From contig OZ249436.1 of NCBI GenBank assembly GCA_965235115.1, positions 2,668,001 to 2,732,000 of the forward strand: DNA of 64,000 nt, in the 5' to 3' direction. Of this stretch, positions 38,101-50,826 are shown piece by piece. The notes under the pieces were generated by a model, which did not search any database, was not told the origin of the DNA, and was given only the letters and a program-made list of their open reading frames with translations. The position numbers were made by a program, and so were the translations under genes. How positions within the stretch are numbered: position 1 is the first letter of the stretch; each line of letters opens with the position of its first letter. Source of the DNA: Laetmonice hystrix (taxonomy: Eukaryota).

Positions 38101-38924
38101 GCTGTACTACGGTGTACTACGGTGTACTACGTCATGTGACGATTTTCTACGGACTGCTAGGGTCTACTACGATCACACCCCATTTCCACCCGGTTACGCT
38201 ACGGTTTGGTACGGACCTGCTACGAAGTTACTACGGTATTGGTACGAACGCATTGCGACATTTGCACGGTTCTACTACGAAACTATTACGCTCCACTACA
38301 GACTGCTACGGAATTCCAATGTTGTTACGATATTACAACGTTTTACTACGGAGTTACTACGTCTTAGTACGGTTTCTTACGACGAATCTGAGCTGAGGTA
38401 CAAAGACATTCGTGACGCTGCAACGGCCCAAGCGAATTTGGTTCTTTCAAAAAACAATTTTTAGAGTCACCAGAGGCGTTTTACATAGGCTAACATGTCT
38501 AGCAAGCGGAACGGAAAATAGCATTGTGATCCTTTGAGTGTAAATGTAGGTCTATAGATGTAGGCAAAATAAAATAAAATGAGACTTCTAAAAATTAAAT
38601 AGGGCCTAAATTTCGTTCACTGAATTGAATTATGGAAATTCCGTACTGAAAGAGTTAACAAATTTCGGAAATATCATAGCCATAGATCTATATAAAAAGT
38701 AGGCCAACTATAATAAGTGGCGAAATATGAACGAATATATATGGGAGATTATGTAGGCCCTATAATGAAGTTTTAATTAGGCCTACGATGATATTTAGTC
38801 TAGCCAACGTTGCTTTTAGTAATTAGGGGCCTAGGCCCTACTATAGGCCGTTCGGTTAGGTCTATCATGCCGGTGCTATTTGCCCATCTTCTGCACCCAT
38901 TTTAAAATGATAAAATCGGCAAAA

Positions 38925-39193
38925 CAGAGGCGTAGGAAGCTATTCGCAATTGGGGGGGGGGCAAGTTTGTCAGTATTAGTGTGTGCATATATATATGATT
39001 TTCTTTCCACAATTTTAAATTTTATTACTTTGGAAAAAAGGTATGAAAATGCTACATAATATTAATCGGCCCACAACCTTAATATTGGGGGGGGGGCAAG
39101 GGGGGGGGCAAAGCATACTCTGCCCCCCCCCCCCAACTTTTTCATTGGGGGGGCCATCCCCCCCGCCCCCGCCCCCCTTTTCCTACGCCACTG
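38925..39193. mobile_element. Nested MITE with 5-bp TSD
   Basis: CAGAGGCGTAGGAA / TTCCTACGCCACTG flanked by CAAAA. Confidence 0.75.
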
Positions 39194-39331
39194 CAAAAGC
39201 TAGGGGGCACCCACCCACGCCGCCCACTACTCAGGCTCTACTCGCAAAAAGTTTCGGAAACCTGCCCTGCCAGCTCGGGAATAAGGTGCTCATAAAGACC
39301 AAAACCTGGCCTTCTGAGCAGCCAATATCGG

Positions 39332-39729
39332 CATAGGCGCCAGAAGCGGGGGGGCAGGGGGGGCGACCGCCCCCTCAATAAGCTGGTTGGGGGGGCATCG
39401 CCCCCCCCCCCCAATAATCTGTGATCATGAATGAAAAAAAGGCAGGTTTTTCCACATACAGTAGGCCTGTTGAAACCATGACTTGGGTGCGACAAAGACT
39501 GGGTCGATTGTCCTAATGATACATTGATACATTGTAATTTATTCATTTACGCCTTCAAAACATAAAAAATCCTGCCTCAAAATGGCGTAGAAAAGCGTTT
39601 TAAGGTGTGTAGTTTTTAAAATTTTCTTGGGGAGGGCCTCCGATCCTGCTTTACTAAGCATGTTGTAGCCTATGACTTTCGCTTCAGCTCTCTTGCCCCC
39701 CCAATAATAATTTGCTTCCGGCGCCCCTG
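39332..39729. mobile_element. Nested hAT-like MITE with 8-bp TSD
   Basis: CATAGGCGCCAGAAGC / GCTTCCGGCGCCCCTG flanked by AATATCGG on both sides. Confidence 0.8.
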
Positions 39730-40322
39730 AATATCGGACCCAGAAGCCCTCTATCCGGCGTTTCCGTGCCCTCTGCAAACGACGCTGCAGTAGGATAGCG
39801 GTGGATGTGGAAATAAGGAGTGTTGGCAAGTCAGCCATGACTGAAACAAGTGAAATTTGGCGCCAATAAAAGGTGACAGTTGGCGCCAATTCGCACGCGC
39901 CACTTCCGATCAACCGTAGTAGATACGTAGTAGATACGTAGTAGTGCGTATTAGAACGTATTGAAACGCAGCTAATCGTACCCTACCGTAGTAATTCGTA
40001 CTAAACCGTAGTAGTTGGTCCGTAGTAGGACCTTAGAAGGACCGTACTACATCGTAGTAGCACCGTAGTATAAACGTAGTATATCGTACCATGGCACATC
40101 GTAGTAAAAACCGTAGTGGACCATTACCGTAGTAGTCGTAGTAGCGCCGTAGCTCTAGTGTGAGAGCACCTTGCAGATATGCTAAGGTCTGTTTTGTCTT
40201 CTATTCTTAGATCACCCCCTTGGTAAACACGTTAACTTGGGTGTTCGTATGCCTTGATATTATCTGCTTAGAGTTGCGGGCTCCAAATCTTATTTGATGC
40301 AAACCTAATCTCAATGTGTTAA

Positions 40323-40658
40323 AGGTGCTATTCGTCTCGCACAGAATGGCATTTCTCCTATCATACATTGTGCACATAGTACTAGAAAAAATTCCTACCG
40401 ATACCATTGGCCTGACCTTCTATTAGTTTGTGTGCGGCATTTGAAACCTATCTCGGTGCGCACCGAGATAGAGCCATTTCCTATGGTGGGGCGTGTCAGG
40501 GTCTCCACAGGCCTTCTGAGAGAGCCCCATTTGTGCCGTTATCCATGAAAAATTTTGATTTCCTTTGTTGTGAATCTATTTCCATGATAGGTGGGATCAC
40601 ATAAACGTCAACAAAATTAAAAATAAAAAAATTGAATTTTTTTTTACGAATAGCACCT
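40323..40658. mobile_element. TTAA-targeting MITE (Kolobok-like termini)
   Basis: TTAA-AGGTGCTATTCGT / ACGAATAGCACCT-TTAA; empty TTAA at 20292-20295. Confidence 0.88.
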
Positions 40659-41549
40659 TTAACAAAAATCATGCATCAATTTAAAAACATGTCTATATTG
40701 ACAGGGAGAACTCACGACTCGAGATAAGAATATCAGGACCAGGTAAAACCGGCTGTTAGAAATGATATCAAAAGATATTAAATATAAAGATATTAAGAAC
40801 AGGTGAGGAAATTCACACATATGGTCGTATTTGAGCTAGCCTAGCTCGTCATGGTGCCGGTTCAGCTTGGTCGCAACGGTAAGTTAGGAACTTGTGAATG
40901 TTTCAGATGAACGGTAAGTTAGGTACTTGTGAATGTTTCAGATGAACGGTAAGTTAGGTACTTGTGAATGTTTCAGATAAACGGTAAGTTAGGTACTTGT
41001 GAATGTTTCAGATGAACGGTAAGTTAGGTACTTGTGAATGTTTCAGATGAACGGTAAGTCAGGTACTTGTGAATGTTTCAGATGAACGGTAAGTTAGGTA
41101 CTTGTGAATGTTTCAGATGAACGGTAAGTTAGGTACTTGTGAATGTTTCAGTTGAACGGTCAGTCAGGTACTTGTGAATGTAACAGATGATGACAACTTG
41201 CTAGACTTGCGTTTTTATTAAACTATAGAGGTCTACAAGGCTGTAACACAAATCAGTCTTAAAATCCCGGTCGTAAGATTAGTAAAATGACGAACTAAAA
41301 ACCGGGCTTAGGGGGTGCAGGGCTTTGTTTCCCTATAAAGTTATATTGAAATAGTGCATTTTGTTTTAGAACATCAAAGATAGCTGGCCGTGTGTTCGGC
41401 TTGATACATTTTCAATGGCACCCGGGGTGTTTGATGCACCATTCGGGGTACGCTCCTTCCTGGCTATACCTCATTGCAATGTTTGAGTTGACAAATGATC
41501 CACAAAATATGAACTGTAAACTGTTCCTCATTATACCAGGTCAAACAAA

Positions 41550-44500
41550 ATGACGATGCTGAGCGCCAGCCTACTCCTATTGGTCCTCTCGGTCGTGCAT
41601 GGCACGGGTAAGTTCTTCAGTACTAGTGGATATTACATGAAGGCGCGGGCTCGATACTGGGTGTGATAATAATTATGCTCGAGGCGAATTACGTTACGGT
41701 GTGTTACTACACGAACTGGTCTCAATTATTACAGATTACGTAACGGTGTGTTACAGGAACTGGTCTCAATTATTACAGATTACGTAACGGTGTGTTACTA
41801 CACGAACTGGTCTCAGTTTCGCCCGGGGCCTATGAACTTTTACCCTGAAAAGGTCGATCCGTCTCTCTGCACCCACGTGATCTACGCCTTCGCCACCCTG
41901 GAGGGCAACGAATTGATAGCAACCGAAAGGAACGATGAGTCGACTGACGGGATAGTTGGAATGTAAGCGGCTAGTTTTGATTGGAAGTGAGCGGCAAGTT
42001 TTGATTGGAATGTAAGCGCCTAGTTTTTATAAGGTATTTAGGAACCTAATCCCTACAGGCAGGTTGCGGAAACATGTAGGGTCCTACAGGCAGGTGGCGT
42101 ATGTAGGGTCCTTATCACTACAGCCAGGTGGAGTATATAGGGACCTAATCACTACAGGTAGGTGGGGTATTAAGGGGCCTAATCACACCTTAACAGTCAA
42201 TGTTCGGTAGAAATCATGTGTAGCTCTATCTAGGAAAATATGGATTCCGTCTCATTTCGGAAGATGTGTGTAGGGGGGAGGGTCCATTGTCCTGCTCGAC
42301 CGCCAAAGCTTCCTTTTTAGGGAGGTGGCGGTGGCCGAGTGGGCATGGACGTCGATACCTTATGCTATGCGAATGGGTGCAGTAATCTTGGGGCCGGTGT
42401 TCGATTCCTGTAGAGGACTATACAACTTTTCTCTTTAGGGACATTGTCAAAGTAATTGGGTTACCCCTGATGCCCGTGCATTTCAAAAGAAAAATACAGG
42501 CAGGTGGGGTAGGCCTATATAGGGGAGTAATCACTACAGTCAGTTGGTCCCGTGTCAGTCGTGTTGCCGAATCGAATTGGGCAGAGACTGGGCGTGGCTT
42601 ATGTTGTGATTGGCACTGCCTGTAGTGGTAAAGAATAGCATCTACCCCAGGCTTATGTCGCTGTCCCAATCCGTTTGATAATGACGATTACGATTACGAT
42701 TAACCCGTGATATTGTTACAGGTACGAGCGAATAATCAATCTGAAAGCCAGGTTTCCACACCTGAAGGTCCTCCTCGCTGTCGGAGGGTGGAGCTTCGGG
42801 ACGGCCAAAATGACGGCCATGTTGGAGACTAAAACTAGCAGGGGAGAATTCGTCAGAACGTCCATAGAATTTCTCCGGAAACGGAACTTCGATGGCCTCG
42901 ATCTGGACTTCGAGTATCCCGGAAGTCGGGGAAGTCCCCCAGAAGACAAGGAACGCTTCAGTCTCCTCTGCCAAGTAATATGACCTTGTCACCAAATAAT
43001 ATGACCGTCTCACCAAGTATGACCTTGTCACTAAATAATATGACCTTGTCACCAAATAATATGACCTTCTCACCAGGAATGACCTTGTCACTAAGTACAA
43101 AGTGTCAAATGTATGCAATATTTTAGAAGTGTTTATGAAAAAGATATAAAGTTAAATCTATAACCATGTAGCCATGCCACTCCTGTCAGACTCTGAAAGA
43201 TGTCGCTGCGTCAGACTGTTTTTTTTTTCTCTGACAGGAGTTGAGGGAAGGGGTTGAGAAAGAGGGTCAAGAAACCGGGCGGGATCCACTCTTACTGATG
43301 GCAGCTGTCGCCGCTAGGAAATCAACGATCGATGCCGGATACGAAATTCAGAAGATATCTCAGTAAGAATAATTACAGAGCCTACTTCATACAACCCGAT
43401 CCGACTCTCCATTGACGCATTATTAATCAATTATGAGTCGCGTCGCGTCGTGTCTGTCGCGTCGCGGCTAGGGACCTGGGTCAGACTGAGACTGCAGTAT
43501 TTAACGTTTTAACACGTAGGCCCCAACAACACATTTATTTAAATAACTATTTCATATCTTCAATTGTCCTCACTTGAACCTACATCACCAATGTACAAAT
43601 ATCCCCAGTACACATGTACACGTATATAATAGTTCAATTCGCCATGAATCAGGTCTCTAGACTTTATCAACGTGATGGCGTATGATATGAACGGAGCCTG
43701 GAATAAGTGGACCGGCCACAATTCTCCACTGTATGAGCGATCGGACGAATCGGGTCTTAACGCAACTCTCAATATGGTAAGTTTTCAATTTATAGTTTCC
43801 TGAGATTGACTCATATCTTTTCAGCCTTTTACGTTTTGATAAAGTTGCTATAGTATACATGGTTCGTGCTACCCACTCGCCAAATCGCCAATGGCTACCA
43901 ATCTGGCGAGTCCAATTCTTGCTTTGGCGAAACGTTTGGCGAACTAGGTTATGTCCTAGACCCAAAAATGTTGTCTGGCAGGGCCACAAGCGGCCTACAC
44001 TGACTGGGCCTAGGCTGGTGAAAGCCAAAGAACTATACATTGTGCCGTTCTAAGACTATATAATGCTTACTGCATGCCACTCACAACCGTTAGCCAGAAA
44101 AAGCGCCTAGCTCCGCCCACTGCCTCCCCACTGCACTGTGTAAATTAATATTAATTGGCTAAAAGTGACTGGATTTGGCGAATTATTTGCACAGATGGCG
44201 AAAATCTGGTTTTAAAGATGTTCTGGCCTAGCTCTAACCTTGGATATATGATTAAAATAGAGCATTATTTGCCCATATTTAGTGAAACTATAAGCAGTGT
44301 ATACTAAAACATCTACACGTGTGTAAAGACATTATCCTACCTGTAAAACAGTCTATGCTTTACTCTGGGTAGCAATGTGCCATTGTTGGGCCACAGTCTA
44401 TGCTTTACTTTGGGTAGCAATGTGCCATTGTTGGGCCACAGTCTATCTTTACTTTGGGTAGCAATGTGCCATTGTTGGGCCACAGTCTATCTTTACTTTG

Positions 44501-47500
44501 GGTAGCAATGTGCCATTGTTGGGCCACAGTCTATGCTTTACTTTGGGTAGCAATGTGCCATTGTTGGGCCACAGTCTATGCTTTACTTTGGGTAGCAATG
44601 TGCCATTGTTGGGCCACAGTTTATGCTTTACTTTGGGTATAGGAATGGGCCGCCAAACGTTGGGCCGACTTCATGACGGACAAACGGAAACTTGTGATCG
44701 GTATGGCCTTTTTTGGACGCAGCATGCAGCTTAATGACCTCAGGAAACACGACCTTGGCGATGCCATTAAAGGTTCCTCTGCCAAAGGGCCATTCACCAA
44801 CGAGGCGGGCTTCTGGTCCTACTACGAGGTAATACTATTATCCCCCGTGGTAACTCCCAGGAACGGGAGGGTATAGAGGTTCGGGTTAGGGTTAGGGGAA
44901 GGGTTAGGGACAGGTCTAGGAAATATAGGGATAACAGGGGGTCCGCGGGCCCCCCCGGGAAAATTGCTCTTTTTTTATTGAGTTTGGCACTAACCGGCCA
45001 CCGTACTTTGTTCTCGGTGTAACACATTCAAGTTTGTAACGTTTACCAGTAGATCTCCATGGTAACGTCTTGACGACATAATCATTTTCGATAATGCGTT
45101 TGTCTTTAGCTTGTGAATACGTCGTTTTCGATTTGTATTTGTGGTTTTTATTTTGTAAACGTGTTTTGGGCTGTTGGATTCATGGTTTTATGTTTGCGTT
45201 CGTCGTTTCTTATATGAATTTGTCTTTTTATATTTGTATTTGAGTTTGGCACTAACCGGCCATCGTAACAAAGTAATTACTCAACAAAACTACTTGTCAC
45301 ATGCGTTTTTCTCCTGATAATCACGAAGATAAGGTTCGAGCCAATGACTGTGCAGCAGTTCTTATAAGACAAAATGCCTGGTGCTTCATTCTGTGCTTTT
45401 AAAAATGTATTCATTTAATTTGGTTTATGTCGTATTTTTTCCTAGATATGTAAGATGTTATACGAGAGCAAGCTGAGTGGCTACACGTGGCATACTGAAC
45501 ACAAGGTGCCATACGCGTGGGGTAACGTTAGTGGCGTGGCCTCCTGGGTCGGCTACGATACCCCAGAGAGTCTCGAGATTAAGGTATAGACCGTTCGTTC
45601 CCACCAACTGGGAACCCTTCGGTATATACTACTGCCCTAAAGGGGAACCCCAGCCCGGGGAAAGTAAATGTTTCTAATGTGCCATAAAATAACCATGACA
45701 AGTATTCAATGTGCCATAAAATAACCATGACAAGTATTCAATGTGCCATAAAATAACCATGACAAGTATTCAATGTTCCACCTATGAAACAACCCCAACC
45801 TGGATCTACATCTGATTGTTACAGGCATATTTACAAAGTACTGATGCTAAACCGCCGACCTTAGATTTTGTATTTGAACAGCTTGCACGCATCTATTTCC
45901 CTTGTCCCCTTAAATTTTCCTTTAATTTAACCTTTTCCATTCCCTAAGTGTGGTATAGTGGTTTTTGCGTGCGTGAAATTTTCGCGAAATTCTGCCGCAC
46001 GCGGCGACTTACGCAAAAATCTCACTACGCGAATATTAGTAGTCTGGTCCAGTAAGACCTGGGCTCGTTTTTTATAGTTTACTTTTCCACCCTAAGCAAG
46101 AGTGAACTGAGCTGAGCTCATCCTCACCCTTGTTTAGCTTAGCTGACCCATGCTCAGGGTGGGAAAGTACACCAAAAAATAACCCTGGCTCTGTAATCCT
46201 ACACTGTAAAAGAATTTCTTGTAATATTTACATTAAGTTACTGGCAGCTCATTCGCCAATAACTTAATGTGAAAATTGCAGTAAAAATTCTTTAATGTAA
46301 ACACCAATTACAGGAAAGCTAAATAACTGTAATTTTATTATCGTACCTCCCAGGTTGATTGGGTCAAATCGAACAATTACGGAGGTGTCGGGGTGTGGGC
46401 CCTGGACCTAGATGACTTTGACGGCAGTCAGTGTACTAATGAGGGTAAATACCCCCTTCTTCGGGCAATCGTTAACAGACTTGGTGGACCGCCTCTGACT
46501 TCGGTCAACCCTCCTGAAACAACCAGGTAAGGACATCACCTCAAACCTTAAGTACAGGCCTATGTATATGGCTTAGACCTTGACCTTTTGTCATTAATTA
46601 ATAGGTATATGGGTCAAGGGGTTAAGGACAATTAACTTAGAAGGGATAATACCCGAGGTTCCTGGCTCACCACACCCGAGGTTCCTGGCTCACATACCCG
46701 AGGTTCCTGGCTCACACACCCGAGGTTCCTGGCTCACCACACCCGAGGTTCCTGGCTCACATACCTGCGGTTCCTGGCTCACATACCCGAGGTTCCTGGC
46801 TCACATACCCGAGCCTGGCTCACATACCCGAGCCTGGCTCACCACACCCGAGGTTCCTGACTCACATACCTGCGGTTCCTGGCTCACATACCCGAGCCTG
46901 GCTCACATACCCGAGCCTGGCTCACCACACCCGAGGTTCCTGGCTCACATACCTGCGGTTCCTGGCTCACATACCCGAGGTTCCTGGCTCACATACCCGA
47001 GCCTGGCTCACCACTACCGAGGTTCCTGGCTCACATACCCGAGCCTGGCTCACACACCCGAGGTTCCTGGCTCCCATACCAGAGGTTCCTGGCTCACATA
47101 CCCGAGGTTCCTGGCTCACCACACCCGAGGTTCCTGGCTCATATACCCGAGGTTCCTGACTCACATACCCGAGGTTCCTGGCTCACCACACCCGAGGTTC
47201 CTGGCTCACATACCCGAGGTTCCTGGCTCCTATACCCGCGGTTCCTGGCTCACACACCAGAGGTTCCTGGCTCACATACCCGAGGTTCCTGGCTCACCAC
47301 ACCCGAGGTTCCTGGCTCATATACCCGAGGTTCCTGACTCACATACACGAGGTTCCTGGCTCACCACACCCGAGGTTCCTGGCTCACATACCCGAGGTTC
47401 CTGGCTCATATACCCGAGGTTCCTGGCTCATATACCCGAGGTTCCTGACTCACATACACGAGGTTCCTGGCTCACCACACCCGAGGTTCCTGGCTCACAC

Positions 47501-49024
47501 ACCCGAGGTTCCTGGCTCACATACCCGAGGTTCCTAGCTCACATACCCGAGGTTCCTGGCTCACACACCCGAGGTTCCTGGCTCACGTACCCGAGGTACC
47601 TGGCTCACACACCCGAGGTTCCTGACTCACATACACGAGGTTCCTGACTCACACACCCGAGGTTCCTGGCTCACCACACCCGAGGTTCCTGGCTCATATA
47701 CCTGAGGTTCCTATAAATTAGTTCATATCTGAGGTTCCTTGAAAAGTTCTGACATCATAATTAATACCATGCATTTCAGATTTACGGGAGAGCCGGCCAC
47801 AACGCCGACCCCACCTGGAAGGCTATCCACCACGCTTCCTGATGTTAGTGGTAAGTGGGGGCCGCTGCCAAAAATCACTTTTTTTTCTTCTTTTGAATTT
47901 CTTATTGAATTTCGGCCCTTACATTAAAGTTACCTATACACAACAAGAGTGCCTGTCTCGGTCGGCCTATTGTACAGTGACGCATTCAGATAAAGTAGAC
48001 TCAACATGACATATAGTTCAAAGAACATATAAACATAGTGACATATAAACACACATGTAGGCCTACACCCTCTTATTTTAAATTTCCCCTGAACTGAAAT
48101 TGTTCCAGTTTGATTTGATCTCACAATGATTATGCTTGAAAGAAACCCCCTCCAAGCGCAATCTAGTGGGTCACTAAAACATTAAAGTTTCACACGTGGT
48201 CCATACCTTCGATAATGGTTGGCCCATATATCTATGAGTGCATCAGACTTCCCCCCCCCCCCAAACTTTGAATAGCTTCCGACACCCCTGCGCCACTGAT
48301 GGGGGCCTTAGTATATTAAAGGTGCTATTCATGAACAAAAATTCAATTTTTTTGTTTTTAATTTTGTTGACGTTTATGTGATCCCACCTATCATGGAAAT
48401 AGATTCACAACAAAGGAAATCAAAATTTTTCATGGATAACGGCACAAATGGGGCTCTCTCAGAAGGCCTGTGGAGACCCTGACACGCCCCACCATAGGAA
48501 ATGGCTCTATCTCGGTGCGCACCGAGATAGGTTTCAAATGCTGCACACAAACTAATAGAAGGTTTATCAGGCCAATGGTATCGGTAGGAATTGTTTCCCA
48601 CGCGAGACAGCGGGAGCTATATCTATTAATAGATTGAGATAACGGCCAAGTAGGGTAAACAAACCGACGAAGCCAGCGGGAGAATGTCTCTACATTTCGG
48701 TTGATTATTCCTTTATTAAAGATCAGATAATCACAGAATTGTAGGTCAGAACAAGCTTGTTCATGCTGAACATCATTATATTGATAGTTTGAAGTTTTCT
48801 ATTCCCTTTAATAATCTTCAGATTGTCGAACACTCTGCCAAATGGTGAAACCCGGAGACTACCCGCACCCTACCGGTGATAAGACGAAATACTGCCAGTG
48901 TAGTCCATCAGGCTGGGTGGATCGCTCGTGTGATCCGGGGACGGAGTTCGACCCCACGTTAGGGCGGTGCGAATGGCCCAAACCCCGCGTCGGAAGCTAC
49001 CTTGAAGAGATCGGGACGGGATGA
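41550..49024 (+). CDS. GH18 chitinase 3 (recent duplicate of chitinase 2), 504 aa
   Basis: Exons 41550-41607, 41779-41962, 42722-42974, 43238-43362, 43653-43776, 44643-44828, 45446-45583, 46354-46526, 47780-47850, 48822-49024; frame intact and catalytic motif retained. Confidence 0.92.
42187..42494 (+). mobile_element. Solo, permuted copy of the 335-bp tRNA-like unit
   Basis: Inserted at AATCAC|TACAG; absent from the chitinase 2 intron (~24296); no TSD. Confidence 0.8.
44349..44640. repeat. 44-45-bp minisatellite abutting the exon 6 acceptor of chitinase 3
   Basis: ~6.5 units here versus ~1.5 at 27078-27146. Confidence 0.92.
46650..47712. repeat. 20-21-bp minisatellite in chitinase 3 intron 8 (longer than in chitinase 2)
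   Basis: Same unit as 29140-29620, about twice the length. Confidence 0.95.
48320..48591. mobile_element. Truncated inverted copy of the TTAA MITE
   Basis: Reverse complement of the 40323/61858 element; one end missing together with ~160 bp of host intron present in chitinase 2. Confidence 0.8.
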
Positions 49025-50826
49025 AACTATGGAGTTTCGACACCTTTTGAAGCCTTCGTACTGAATCATAAAAGTTCGGATTGCTGATATGGCCGATGAG
49101 CAGTCAGTAGTCGATACCCTCCTAGGTCTCTCTATACCCCCTAGGTCTCTCTATACCCCCTAGGTCTCTCTATACCCCCTAGGTCTCTCTATACCCCCTA
49201 GGTCTCTCTATACCCCCTAGATCTCTCTATACCTCCTAGGTCTCTCTATACATCCTAGGTCTCTCTATACCCCTAGATCTCTCTATACCCCCTATAGCTA
49301 TCTATACCCCCTATATAGGTCTCTCTATACCCTATGTCCTGACATAGGCCTAGAGTTTCATGCAGGCAGGGCCTGACTGATACACATAAAAGAAATAAAA
49401 TAGAATTAATAAATCACTGAGATTATGAATATAAATTATAATAGGCCATGTATCTGCATTTAGGTCTTCATCGCCGTGCAGACTCAAGTTGAGGCGTTAC
49501 TGGCTACTGGCCGCATGTAGGCCGACTCATACTGTTATGCCCGATAGACCCTACATGCAATACTCCCTATACAGTGGCGTAGGAAGCTGGGGGCAGAGGG
49601 GGCTGCTGCCCCCCCCCCTCAATATTTATAAAATGGCCGCAGGCTCAATGCAAAGCAATAGGCGAAAGTTATTGTGACGTCACTTCTGCCCCCCCCCCCC
49701 CCCCCCAATATTTTTTTCCTTCCTACACCACTGCTCCACTGCTATAGGCCCTAGTTAGATTGTTGGTACCACCTGGCTACAGTTTCAAGAAAGTGGTTAA
49801 GTTAAGTAAAGCCGGTGACCCACCAGGATTTTGGCGCTGCAACTTCTTTAAGCCTGCCTCACACTACACGATTTTCTAACGATACGACAAGAATATGTGC
49901 GATGCGACAAGACAAAACATATTTTCGTGTGTTGTCGGTGGTTATCGTAAAGTCTGAGAGGTTGGCCAACACGATTCTACACGACACGAGTCTGTGTTGA
50001 CGTGTCGTGGGGAATTCTTTCTCGCACGACAGTTTTTCTTGTCCCTGTAATTGAAAAGCTACCAGTTCTCAGACTAATCACCAGAACGTCTCCATATTTG
50101 GCCTGGTCCCCAGCTCTATATTGACTGCGGATGCGTATGGTAGGCACAGGGGACCAGGCTACTCCATATTCAGAGAAAGTATTCGCCTCTAGGCCTGGTA
50201 CACCATACTAAAAGATGAAGTTGATACCTCAAAAGCTGAACAACTTGGACTAGAATCTGTTTTGCTGAAGACGCGCTCAATGGTATAACATAGGAACTGC
50301 TGTTTCCAATGAAAAATTGACCTAATTCACGGACGAATCACCACAACGTCTTTATTTTTACAGCAAATGTTCGCCTCTATGCCTGGTACAAGATAACAAA
50401 AGCTCCATTTGATGCCCCAGGTTGGACTGGAATCTCTTATGCTGAGATGATGATGATGATGACGATCATTTAGATCGTCAGAACGGACATAAGCTAGTTC
50501 CCGGCTCCCTCGCTAGGTGGCTCTGTCGAGTCGACCACCGAGCCAACTGGCAAGGGAGCCGGGGATTCAGTATGTCGTAATTACGACAAAGCTATGTCGA
50601 AATAACGACATAGTTTTGTGGTTATTATGACTTACTCTATGATGTTATTACAACTTATTATGTGGTTATTACTACATAGCCATATCGTCAGTAGGAAAGG
50701 GGATTATATTCGACTTAACTTTTCAGCACCTAGGCCCAGATAGACATTTTTAATTAGGTACGGTAGATATTGCGTTTATTTCGTTAAGTGCCCCCTGACG
50801 CTCAGCTAACAAGAATCGTGGAGGAT

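Larger units (their letters stand above)
37752..40171. mobile_element. 2.4-kb Harbinger-like non-autonomous element with nested MITEs
   Basis: AGGTGCTCTCACACTAG / CTAGTGTGAGAGCACCT TIRs, CCGTAG-rich subterminals; empty site GGGCTAA|TGCAGAT at ~20142; no clean TSD. Confidence 0.8.
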
